Of a stretch of 64,000 nt of DNA, positions 12,253-23,929 are shown in pieces (position 1 is the first letter of the stretch; each line of letters starts with the position of its first letter). The translations under genes and the position numbers were made by a program. The stretch comes from Lepidodermella squamata (taxonomy: Eukaryota; Animalia; Gastrotricha): the NCBI GenBank assembly GCA_047495785.1, contig JBLDXI010000054.1:992001-1056000 (forward strand), read 5' to 3'. The notes under the pieces are model-generated. The model saw only the letters and a list, made by a program, of their open reading frames with translations, made no database searches and was not told the origin of the DNA.

Positions 12253-13224
12253 ATGATAACCATTTTGCTGATATTTTGTTATATCCTGGCAGCTGTCTCT
12301 GCGATTGATCCTGCGACCATCAGCGCCATAGCTAGCAGCGTGTCAGCCGGAATTGCTATGGGCGACTTAGGGGTTTCGATTGCGAACGCCGAGGCCCAAC
12401 CCCAAATGAGCTACAACCGCCGCGTTTTGCTTAGCATTGAAAATTTCATTGGTTTCGCAACAACGCCGCCGTTTGAAAAGCCGACGTGGGACGACGTGAC
12501 ATATCAAGAATGGGAGTTCGCCGCGGCTGCGATTGCGGCAGAACGGTCATTGTATTACGTGAGTAGCCATGTCGAAAGCGGAAAGATGCGGCGGGATTGC
12601 GAGCCGACGATAGGCCCGGTCAAGGCTGGCGTCTGTGGCTTCAGCAAAACGGCTGATACCGCACGAGGTTCGTGTGTTGTTGTAACTTTCAGGTAAACTT
12701 TTAGCTGCCCTGGCCGTTCACGAAAATTAATGTTGACTTCTTCTGGATTGGGAAACGGCGACAAACCTTTGTACATCCACTTCGCATTCGAAAATCCGTA
12801 CAGCGGAGAGAACTTCTTCGGAATCTATATGGACTATGACGGTAGCAGAAGCAGCGAAAAAATCTACACATCCTACTTCTTGAACGGTGACAATTTTCCC
12901 GGTCTTCGCTCGTCTCGCAAGTACACGAAAGATGAAAATGAGCCGATAGAGTTGACAACAGATCAAATCGTCGTTCGAGCTACTATGAATGCCGCCTCGC
13001 ATGCTGAGATGCGAGTCGATCTGCGGCTCAACGAAAAATACTACCTGCAACTCGCGCAAGAACATAAAATCGGCGGACAGACTACAACGCAGCGTCCATC
13101 GCCGATGAGCGTGTACCTGGCGCGCGGGTCGAAACGCCGATGTCATCCGTGGTATCGGAACACAAAAGCCATACCGATGAGTAGCCATTCAATTTCGTGG
13201 CCAGCACATCGTATCCTATGCTGA
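12253..13224 (+). CDS. Actinoporin-like (anemone cytolysin fold) secreted protein, two exons
   Basis: Signal peptide; small-residue N-terminal helix; SYNRRVLLSIEN, ESG..PTIGP.KA, FSKTADTARGS.VVVTF, FENPY..NFFGIY, VRATMNAASHAEMRVDL parallel actinoporin motifs RKIAVGVDN, RSG..P..VP.GKA, ATGAVGVLAY, FSVPYDYN.YSNWW, SRGFMNSSGHAILEIHV; intron acceptor atypical (see findings). Confidence 0.75.
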
Positions 13225-13531
13225 TTGAGGAACATCAAGAATTGTTACCGTAAACAGCTCCCTACTTCTATTTGCAGAATAAGACGATAACCCATAACCA
13301 TTGCGAAACTTCGAGAAACCTCTCTCCGAACGATTCCTAATCAAAAATGCATTGACCCTGAAGATGAATTTACTCTATTGTTCTATTAATAAAATTGAAG
13401 GCTTCCCATCTTTTCCGCATAGAACCTCTACAGAGGGTTTCGGCGAACCTGAGAATTGTAAGTAACAACACAAACGGTTTCCCGTGGTATTGCCATGGCG
13501 TAGCTAAGTACAGCTAGTTAACGAGATAGGC

Positions 13532-13720
13532 CAGTGCTTCGCAAACTTTCTTCACCGCCGGCATTTTTGGCGGCCGGAAAGCCTTGGCTTCGGCCGCAGA
13601 TACAACCAGGCCGTTCTCCGGCCGCACCAACATGGGAAATGCTCTTTTATCGGCCGCAGATTTTTTAGCTCATTTGTTTTTCGCGAGAGTGCTATTGCTT
13701 TTAGCGGAGGGGGCTAATTA
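13532..13720. mobile_element. hAT (Charlie-like) element end fragment
   Basis: CAGTGCTTCGCAAACTT resembles Charlie-type termini, followed by repeated CGGCCGCA subterminal motifs; no verified second end. Confidence 0.35.
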
Positions 13721-14489
13721 TCGGAGGCCTTTACGAACAGGTTAATTCCACTAGCATAAGCCGACTGCTTCCCCACAACTTGAGTCAACAGAAGCGATTC
13801 CTTCAGCGGCACTTTCTGAGCGATTCTATACGCAGAAAGAACGAGGTGAACTATGCCTATGCGGTATAACTTTTTTCCAGTACGGGCCACAGTTGTAAAC
13901 CGCGGGCAACCCAACAGGGCCCTGGGGTCTTAGCTTCAATTCACGTAAATTAAATCATATTAAATTTTACCTGTTTCCTACTCGAACGAAGATGAGAGCA
14001 AATGCTCAAGATTGCCGCATTGGACCCAGCAAATCAGAGGTTAACAATATGTTCGAGCGAAGCGAGCTTTAGCTAACGGTAATTTTTTGAAATTTTGGCT
14101 GAAAATAGTCTAAAATAGGCTGAAACACGCTCCAAAACCTTTCAAATTAACAATACAGTGGGATAAATTCTCATTTTGTCTCAAATGTCACATTCAAGAA
14201 GATGCACGATGCAAAAATAATCTTTTGACCGAATTGTGGTGTGATTTTCATGCACTTCCGTCAAGGATGTGACCGCAGTCCCATTAGACTGAACATGTTT
14301 TTCGTGAGTAATTTAAAGAATAAAAATTATTCTCTGCAATTTGACCTTTTTGAATTACTTCGCGACGGAAAAGCTTGCCATCCGACAATTTTTTAGGAAT
14401 TCGCCCTGTCGCAGTGACATGCTGCTTCAAGTCTAAAGTTTTTTATTTCCTAATCATAAAGTTTTTGCACTCACTTGTCGCGATTCAAA

Positions 14490-16802
14490 ATGAGAATCGT
14501 CATTGTTCGGAGCATTTTATTATTTGCCACGGTTATGCCCGGCGATGGTAAAGATAAAACAATCCGATTGCTTCATCTGGCCCCAACGGGTGATATAGGG
14601 CCTACTCTGGGTCAATCTATGATTCTAGCCGCTGAAATTGCCGCCGAGAGAATCAACTCGAGAACGGATATTCTAGCTGATTATAAAATTGAAGTAATAA
14701 CACAGGACGATCGAATGGGCGTGGATTCTACCAAACGACTCATCGAATTTCGTCGGGAAAGTGAATCGAATCCTTTCGTCACCCAATCGCCAATTGTCAT
14801 TGGGCCAGCTCTTTCGACCGGCTGCAAGGCTGTTGGACCAATTTTAGGCGAAATCGATACTATCGTCATTTCAACATTCTGCTCAGCCCCTTCTTTGTCT
14901 GACCGGAACCGCCAGCCATTTTTGTACCTTACTGTTGCAACTGGTAAGATAACAGCACTGGGAATTCTACGCTTTATGGCAGATATAGGGAAATGGTCCC
15001 GGTTCGGAATTCTTACCTACTCTCTGAATGTTAACGACTACGGCACTGCTTTCTTCCTCCACAGTCGTGCGATTGAGTCTGGATTTATGGTTCCTTGGTT
15101 GACGATGGTGTCTGAGGTAGACTCAGACGTTACATATTCATTGCAAGCTAGCGATTTGAGAATAGTTGTGATAAGCACTGGCGATTCGAAATTCGCTACT
15201 AAATTTCTATGCGAGGCTTACAAGGTTGGAATACACGGTCCCCGCTACGTGTTTATCACACTTACAGACGCTTTCTCCGCAAATCCCGGTAGAGACTGTT
15301 CAGTTGATGAGTTGTTTTCTCAACTTGCCCAAACCTTTTACTTTGGCTACACCTCAAAGCCTGATAACTATTCAAGAAACACCGATTTAGGGTATACAGC
15401 AGCTGATTTTGAAGTCGAGATCATGAGGAAGATGAACACATCATCCATGGACGTTTTATCTCTCGCATACACCACTCACGACGCTGCACTGAAGGCGGTG
15501 ATGATTCTTCATAGAACTGAGATTGAACTCAAAAAGCGGTTCAATCTCACTCTGAGTGATTACAGAAATCATCCTGAAATCGTGGAAATAATAGCCAACG
15601 AGTGCGTCTTAGCTTCCAGGGTGATTGGAGTTCGTGTTGGGCTGATGGCTTATTCAGCGGAAGGTCAGCCCCTAGGCGACATTCAAACGGTTGCTCACTG
15701 GGATCCTGAGACCGGAATGCGGAATTTCGCTTTGATTCGCCAAAATTTGGATGGTGGGTCCGAAAATTCTTATCTGAGCTACAGTCTTAAAATCATGGAT
15801 CAAATCAATTGGACAAGCGGCCATCCACCTAAAGACTATCCAACATTGGTTAGAGATGAGATGCATCTGCCAAAAGCTTCATTTATAACTGCGATTATGG
15901 TCAGTGGAATTTCGGCTTCGATCCAAGTTATTGCATTAATTCTAGCTTTTCTGAGACGGAAGTTAGGAAGCTCGAAATTCGCAATGACCAATAGCATCGG
16001 ATTTTTGGGTTGTCTCGTACTCGATGCTTCAGCTGCGCTTTTCGCAATAGACCGAGTCCTAACAAGTTCGAGGATTCAAATTTTCTCCCTTGTTAGTCTA
16101 TTCATCGGCCTTACAATAATATTTGGGGTCCTATTGACTCGAGTTGCGGTTGTAGTAAGATATACTGGGCTCTTGAGGCCGAGAAAAACGAGAGGGAAAT
16201 TTTCTACTAGCTTTGCTACAACAGCCGGTACTACATCGACGATTCAACGAGAGACGATTAGAAGCCAAGAAAATCGATTCATCATTGACCCGGACGCGTG
16301 GTCTGCAATGGACAAAACTGCGGTCATCACGATTCTCTCACTGGTTATCATGGTCAGCATGGTACTAGCTGGTTGGTTTGCAAGCCAGGACATGATTTGC
16401 TCCTCAGAAATCCTAGGTAATCCTGTTTACAACGAACAGACGGACGTTGTTCAGGAAACCTGGATAGTTACGTGTTCAACTGAGAATACAGGCAATTTTG
16501 TCATTGGAATCGGAAGCCTGCACGTTCTGATGTTGCTCATAGCCGCATATGAGTATTACTTGGCTAACAGGATAGGAAAAATGTGTGCTGTGACTGATTT
16601 CAAACATTATCGTCTGAGCACTGCAAATGCGGCTATCATGTACTTGGCGACTATTTTGATCTGCCTCCTTTTGTCTGAAAATGCGATCGAGCAGCAAATC
16701 GCTTTGATATTCTGTATATTGGCGCTATCCCTTTCAACTTCAATCACGTTGACTCTACCTTTATTATCTCGAAATGAAATGGTTGAACCTATTCGCAATT
16801 AG
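14490..16802 (+). CDS. Class C GPCR family B gene B2, intronless, ~770 aa (first ATG 14490)
   Basis: Colinear close paralog of B1 over the full length. Confidence 0.9.
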   Translation: MRIVIVRSILLFATVMPGDGKDKTIRLLHLAPTGDIGPTLGQSMILAAEIAAERINSRTDILADYKIEVITQDDRMGVDSTKRLIEFRRESESNPFVTQSPIVIGPALSTGCKAVGPILGEIDTIVISTFCSAPSLSDRNRQPFLYLTVATGKITALGILRFMADIGKWSRFGILTYSLNVNDYGTAFFLHSRAIESGFMVPWLTMVSEVDSDVTYSLQASDLRIVVISTGDSKFATKFLCEAYKVGIHGPRYVFITLTDAFSANPGRDCSVDELFSQLAQTFYFGYTSKPDNYSRNTDLGYTAADFEVEIMRKMNTSSMDVLSLAYTTHDAALKAVMILHRTEIELKKRFNLTLSDYRNHPEIVEIIANECVLASRVIGVRVGLMAYSAEGQPLGDIQTVAHWDPETGMRNFALIRQNLDGGSENSYLSYSLKIMDQINWTSGHPPKDYPTLVRDEMHLPKASFITAIMVSGISASIQVIALILAFLRRKLGSSKFAMTNSIGFLGCLVLDASAALFAIDRVLTSSRIQIFSLVSLFIGLTIIFGVLLTRVAVVVRYTGLLRPRKTRGKFSTSFATTAGTTSTIQRETIRSQENRFIIDPDAWSAMDKTAVITILSLVIMVSMVLAGWFASQDMICSSEILGNPVYNEQTDVVQETWIVTCSTENTGNFVIGIGSLHVLMLLIAAYEYYLANRIGKMCAVTDFKHYRLSTANAAIMYLATILICLLLSENAIEQQIALIFCILALSLSTSITLTLPLLSRNEMVEPIRN

Positions 16803-17551
16803 CTATTACGAAATGATACTGAACGAGACTGAAAACAAAGAAAATCGAAATGGGATTCGTTAATGGCTGGAAAGGTGTCTGCGCGTGAGTTTGAAAACAT
16901 CCGGCTTTAGAAAATTTTCACGAAAATCGCGGGTAGGATATATACTTTCAAGTTTAAGTTAGGTTACTCTAATAATGAATAATAATAATAAATCCCGTAC
17001 GTTATTTGTACAAAGTGTGAACTATTAATAAACATGCGGTTGCGAAGCAAATGTGCCTCATAAGCCGGTTTTATTTACCGAAAAGCACATGTTATGTCGA
17101 TATGGGAAATTAAATCACGTAAGACAGTCCGTGTCATCCACCTCTTTCAGTGCTCTCCGAATCGACGAAGTAAAAATATTGTTGTCCAAAGTTTGAAGGT
17201 GCAATTTATTGGATTCAAAATGCCTCCGTTAGAGCAAGTTAAGAACTGAACCGATTCCTGAAGATTGATCCCCCTTGAGAGGGCGCTGAGCAACAAACAA
17301 TAGTTATTATAGTCAGTTTATTTAAAAAATTGAAGCGAAAAATAATTTTTTATTGTGCATTGTGTATGTGTGCTCTTCCTTCTTGTTGCCCTAATGGCTA
17401 TACTGCTTTTACAAAGGAAATATGTTTCTATTGGTTCATAAAGAATAGAAAGCGAAAGATGTAATCACACAAGATGTATTAATAAACTGAATACAATATC
17501 AATTGAGAGTTATCCTGGTTGCGTGGCCAATATACGATCGCCCGAAAACTT

Positions 17552-20500
17552 CTATTGCATGAAATCAACAGTTCTGCCGCTCTTCATGAAAATCTAAGGA
17601 GAAATATTGGTATGAATCAATAGGACGAAAAAAGAACGGACTAACCTTCATAACTGCGCAAGAAATGATGTTGACCGAGACGAATACCAGGACGAGGCTA
17701 GAAACGAGATTATAAGAAAACTCGCTCTTACTGGCATATCGCTCAACGTCAGGGTCAAGACAACCCTGTGGGTCGTTCACAGTTTCCTCTCCATCCGGAA
17801 TACTTAGGGAAGCGAGGAAACCTCCAGCTACAATCAGCATGACCTCGCAATACACCGCTATAGCCATGTTTTTCAAGTCCTGGCCATAAACCGATTTTCG
17901 ACTCTAAATGGAAAAAAGCTATGAGAAAATTATTGGAAAAGCTTTCCATCATACCCTTCCTTGCCGACCATGGTAAGCGCCATACGAAATATAAAACAGC
18001 AAAATTAATTCAGTACCGATGAGGGTCGATATTAGACCGAGAGTAGAACGATTTCCGAAAAAGTCGTCAAATGCATTGCACTGAAACTGATACGGCTGAA
18101 AGATGATTGATGGATCTTTCCTATCCATCTCAAAGCAAGTGATCGAGGCAGTAATAGGATGACTGATAATTGCGCCAGTCAGTAAACCAAGCTGCAAGCA
18201 AGTCCAACCAGCGGCAAAAGTGCCGTTGCTGGCAGGCTTAGATAGCGAATTGAAAGTGCTGCGGATCGAAACGTTCGATAAAACCGACTTTGCTCTCGAA
18301 ACAGGCCGGGTTAGCCAGCTGGTGGATGAATTCACACGCGATAAGCGGTTAGAGGATCTTACAACTCCTTGAGCATACAAGCCTGGGCCCCTTTGAAAGC
18401 TAGTGTTATTCGGCGGAATGAACAGGGACGATCGGCCAAGTTTGGTGAGATAGCCTCCGAGGACCATTGAGAAGCCAATAACAACCAAGTAAATCATAGC
18501 TGTGCAGTTGCCTTTGATTGTATAAGCAGTGCTATCATCCGGAATCGCGAAAGCGTGACTCAGAAGAACTATGTCACCGAGCAGCACAATAAAATCCCCG
18601 CGATACAGGAACAGCCTTTTAATTAAAATGGGCCTTAAGCGCCTGATAACACCGCATATGATGAAACCAAGACATGCTGCGATTTCTAGGACAGATATCG
18701 CAATCAGTATTGAGCGGGAACTTTGTTTCACAGCTGGTAGCTTGATGAGACTGGTTTTGGCTGCATCTCTTGGAGGCAGGCCATCCCTTGTGTTCCAGCG
18801 GATATCCATTAAATAGATACCCTTAGGATCGTTGTGCCTGTAGTAAGCAGCGACTCGAGACTCATTTCCGTACCCGACAGATTGAATGAAAGTGATTGGA
18901 ACGTAGCCGAAAGTTAGATTTGTCTCTCGACTGATTCCATACTCGCCTTTGATGCCGGAGAAATTTAACGAGTAGAGTGCTTCAAACCAGATTTTATCCA
19001 TTTCTTTCCCATTTCGCTTGAAATTTTCGGTAGAAGTAAACCAGTCCGAAAGAGTTTGATTGCCTATTAAACACAGGTATTTGAGGTTGAACTCGCTCAT
19101 GGTACCAGGTCAGCTATATTTGGAAAAAGCTTTACCTCGGAAATTTTACATGCCAATTAGGCGGGAAACCGTACCCGAGTGTACCCGATGCTAATTATAT
19201 CGGCCCTAATCCCTATAAATAGATTTCAGGTTTCAAACTCTATTTGGGGAATTTGAGGTGAGTTTGCGATACGGTAAATATGATACTGAACTTAATAAAT
19301 TGATAATAAGCAAGGTGGTAACTCACGTTGGTTGAGGTAGTTTTCAGCCGACTGAAGGATGAATCCAGCACTCAGCGCGCGGTCGTAGCAAATTTGAGGC
19401 CAATATTGCCATAGCATATACTCCTCAGGCTTATCAATCCGATTTTTTAGTTCATTTTCCAGATGTATCTCATTGTTGCCACTAGAATCCGGATAGTCGA
19501 GGCCGAAAATATCGGAGAGCTGAGTATCGCCGTAGTAGAATATGTGGACGCCACTAAGGATAACTTCGACAATCATTTCGCTTGTACACCAAGGCGTGGC
19601 GGGCCATATCATCACTGTTGGTGAAACACGTTCGTACCATGACAAGCCGAAGACAACATATTGAGGTCCCATCATCCCTAGCCTATGCATCCAGCATATA
19701 ACCGAAGCATGGGTCCCGCCATTAGTTATGATGATCCTTGGATCTCGTCGTTTCATTTCATTGAAAGTATCGCTCATGCTAGGCATAAAATCTTCATCAG
19801 GATCTGACATCACCACCTTCCCCATCCACACAATTTCAATGTTTTCCAATTCCAATTGATCGATCAAAGCCGGGTCCATCTGTTAAAATACATTTAATTT
19901 TAACTAAAAAATAAAGATGGTAGACAGGTACCATATTGAAGTAGGATTCTAAATTCGAAGGGATCGCTACTTTTCTCCAACCCATTTTTCTGATCATTTT
20001 AGCCAGGGCGATATATTGGATGTCCCCCCTGTGGCCGAGGGTAACATAGTTTCTCAGCCGCTTCCGTTCCTTGTACAGTCGAATCGAGCCTTGAGCGAGA
20101 GTTATCTGTAATTGACGGTGAATCGTCATTAGGCAAAAACTCCAAAACTCAAAGATAGGCAAACCCCTAAGAAGTTGTAATGCTGCATAAGGGCGCCAGA
20201 TGTTAACATTCCCTTTTCGTTATCGCACTCGCCAATTACTATCAACGGCATCAGGTTGTTAGCTTCATACCGATTCTCCATAATTTGAGTGAACCTTGAT
20301 ACTATAGTAGCGTCATAACACTGAAAGGTAACAATAAAGCAAAGTGGTCTACTATCTTACAATTGGTACCTGATCTTCTACGAAATCAATGACAAGCTCG
20401 TATTTCGTTAGCATTCCAGGCATTTTGCGAAGTTGATCCAGCGCGATTCTCATAGCTTCCATGCAAGGTACGCCTTGAGGGAACGAACAGTTGAAAGAAA

Positions 20501-20663
20501 TGCCCATGCTCACGTGGATCTTCGTTCGGTTCATCTGATCGCTCATGTTATAAGCGAATGAAGTTCCGAATTCTGGTAGAGGGGTGGTGTACAGATCCAA
20601 CTTCTGCCCCGAGCAAGCTACAACAAGAAACGCGATGAAACAAGCAACATACATTGCTTTCAT
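17552..20663 (-). CDS. Class C GPCR family A gene A2 (7 exons)
   Basis: Exons colinear with A1 with the same six intron positions; starts MKAMYVACF, ends MK|IFMKSGRTVDFMQ*. Confidence 0.88.
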
Positions 20664-22080
20664 GTTTGTCTTAAAAATTGTCTTAAGAACGGTGTGTACG
20701 AACAACGGTGAAGATCGCTTCCCTTATATACCACTCCCAATTAAAGTATATAATATATAATGTCAGTTAAATTGTTGATTAACTCCGGCGAATATTTATT
20801 ACAGGGCGCCATCCGGAAATTAGCCGAGTCTGTTTCGACCACTTTTAAAATAGGAGCTGTGATACAGCTATTCTCACGCTTCTGATGTCTGAAGCCGCTT
20901 CACCCAATTAAGCGATGCGCGTGGTTTTCACTCAGGATATACCAAGCACGTACCCATTACATCAGTCTCGAGCACCGATTGCTTATGAACGTCGGAAAAA
21001 TATCGTGAGATTTATGAAATCAAATCGGGTCGTGGACGAGAGTCGCGCTACTAATTCCCCTTCTCAGGCAAGCAATTAAAGATTATAGTAGTTATCATCA
21101 TTTATTCATTTCGAAAAATTACGGAATGCTGAACTCATGCCAAAATATTGGGCGGATATTTCAGAGTAAAATGGCGAGCGTAGCAAAAACCTGAGTGAGT
21201 GTCGCAATTTTGAGTGACATGCGGTGCGCACGTAAAATCCGAGCGGGTGTCGCAATAATCTGTGTTACGTCGCAATACTTGAGTACCGTATAGTCCGGAT
21301 CTGTCGAGTAGATGAATCATAACAAGTTTTTTTCTACGCTGCAAAAATTTATTGCTATTATTTTTTGTATTGCGTCGTTCGGTCAATCGGTCACTCCGTC
21401 AGTTGGTCATTTTTTGCAGCCCTGGGTTCGATCGTTCGTGATTGTTCAACGGCTGTTTTTTTTTTACGAATACAGGCCCATACAGTAATGACTCGACAGA
21501 TGCGGACTATAATGGATACCGCGACACTGAGATCTAACCTTCTTTTTGATAGGAATTCGCTTCGGAGAGGGTCGGTAATTGCAATTTTGCGCTTTTTCAT
21601 CTTCATCTGGAAGACCCGTTGAAATCCTGATTTCCTCCGATTTATTGTGAATTTTCAATGTTGGTTGTTCGATTTGACTGATTCAGACCCATAAAAATGG
21701 GGAAAATGATTGATTTTGAGTGATTGAAGGAGATCCGTGATTCAAGCCTCAAATCAAATCAAATCAAAGCCAAATCACTGCTGTATTGCTGAATGTCTCG
21801 AAGTAGCACTGAGCTGTCTGAGATTAAAGACCCGCATTAATTACGCTGTCTTCTAGTCTTCTAAAATGTTCAATAAATATATAAATAGATTTTCCATATA
21901 TTATGAATGTAAATATATTAAAAAACCGTCGACGGCGAGGATACTATTCTAGCCATTAGTTTGGACATTTATCTAGCTAATAAACCTAATTTTTTCTAGT
22001 TGCTATTTTAGCTGCGGCATGCTCTGTTGTCACGGCATCGACAACCTCCTGTCCGCCTTGCATCGCCCGGAACTTGCCCA

Positions 22081-22486
22081 AATGGCCAAGCATGTTATAC
22101 CACATCGAAACCCTGCAACTGCAAATGGATCATCCAGCGCGGCAGCATCTAAGGTATAGGATGCAGCCACGAAAAACTGCGTGGCAATAAGGGGAAAGCT
22201 TTTTTCATCCGACCAATGGCCAAGCATGTTATACCACATCGAAACCCTGCAACTGCAAATGGATCATCCAGCGCGGCAGCATCTAAGGTATAGGATGCAG
22301 CCACGAAAAACTGCGTGGCAATAAGGGGAAAGCTTTTTTCATCCGACCAATGGCCAAGCATGTTATACCACATCGAAACCCTGCAACTGCAAATGGATCA
22401 TCCGGCGCGGCAGCATCTAAGGTATAGGATGCAGCCACGAAAAACTGCGTGGCAATAAGGGGAAAGCTTTTTTCATCCGACCAATG
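22081..22486. repeat. Tandem repeat, 3 x 134 bp, near-identical
   Basis: Units start at 22081, 22215, 22349; one visible substitution (CATCCAGCGC to CATCCGGCGC) in copy 3. Confidence 0.95.
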
Positions 22487-23929
22487 TCTTCTTTCGTCCG
22501 ACAACCTAAAATGTGACTAAAACTTGCCGACTTGCTTTTTCATATTTCAAAAAAATTACAGCAAAACGGTGACTACTCGGATCACCATAAATCTTTCACC
22601 ATAAAATTCTGCCGGTTCTGGCCAAATTAGGGCCCATAAAAAGGTGTAAGCCCCTACGGAAAAATCGAACTCGGGAAATTCGAGAAAATCGATATTTTCA
22701 TGTCGGATGATTTTAGTCACATTTTTGGTTGTCGGATGAAATAAGACATAGGTGGGATGAAAAAAGTCACACCCGGCAAAAAGTGGCTCCACATCCTCTA
22801 GTGTGCGAGCGGTAAACACTCCGATCGCCAATATTTGCAATGTCTCTTCGTAAACATGCGGCGGCGGAAAAATCATGCCCGGACGGATAAACTTGCACGA
22901 GCCCAGTAATTATAGTCACTTTGATTCAGAAAAGTGAAACAATTGATTGTTGGTGAATTGTTATAAATCATAAGTCAGATCCGGGCGTCATGATAATTTT
23001 ATATATCATGGTAATATCGTTAGCGACGTTGACTACATCCGTTTCAAGGCCACGGGTGACAAGTTAAAAGCGGCTTTTTAAACTTGAATAAAGCGGCAAA
23101 AACAAAAGACTTATTACTTGTCACCTCTCGCCTTGAAAAGAATGTAAACAAGCCTAAATCCGAGTTATTCAACGACACTAACGATATCATTGAAATCAAT
23201 CGAAAATTGTGCACCACTTCCAGCAATGACAGTTGAAGTGGCACTGTGGGTGATTGAACCTGCCAATCCCCCATACCTGGTCATACCCGGTCAGACAGAG
23301 CTACGCTCTATTTACTTGAATAATTTGATCTCAAGCGAAGCCGTCGCCTGACCTTCGCCGACACTTATTATTTATTTTAACAGTGACCTACTGCAATCTC
23401 GTAGAAATGAAAACATTGGAGATAGGAAGGCCATCACTACAAGAAAGAAAAACAACGAACGCAAATGACGAATAACACTTGAATATTTGAACGACAAAGT
23501 TATTGACGTACTTACTAAGAGAGGGTTAACCAACAGCTTTGGAATACTAAGATTCCATTAGGATTCTAAGATTCCATTGACATTGAATGTACAAGTTTTG
23601 TAATACTGATCATCACGGAAGATAAATAAAAAAGGCCTATTTTAATACAATAATTTGACATCTTGATGGACCAGCTATGAAGACCTGAGGCGCAAGGGTT
23701 GCGATGAGTGCCAGGAAGTGAACTTTCTTAAGCGAAATCCCAGAAAAAAGGTCCGGATAGTGGACATCTCCAGCGAATCAATCGTCAAACCGGGTTAAAA
23801 ACTCAATACTAATAGCACGCACTTGAAAAGAAGTTATCAACATCAAAACAGTATACAAAAAGGATTCATCGACAAAAACCCAATATCGGTAATTCGAAGT
23901 AATAGAAGTAATCAGTCATTGGCTCAAAT

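Noticed and set aside
13532-17053. Possible hAT element capturing gene B2 (CAGTGCTTCGCAAAC at 13532, GTTGCGAAGCA at ~17039)
   Set aside because: Right-end match is only partial and no 8-bp target duplication is seen
22030-22504. Three overlapping repeated ORFs; superficial CRISPR-like or repeat-protein appearance
   Set aside because: The 134-bp unit is not a multiple of 3 and has no unique spacers; it is a plain tandem repeat in eukaryotic DNA
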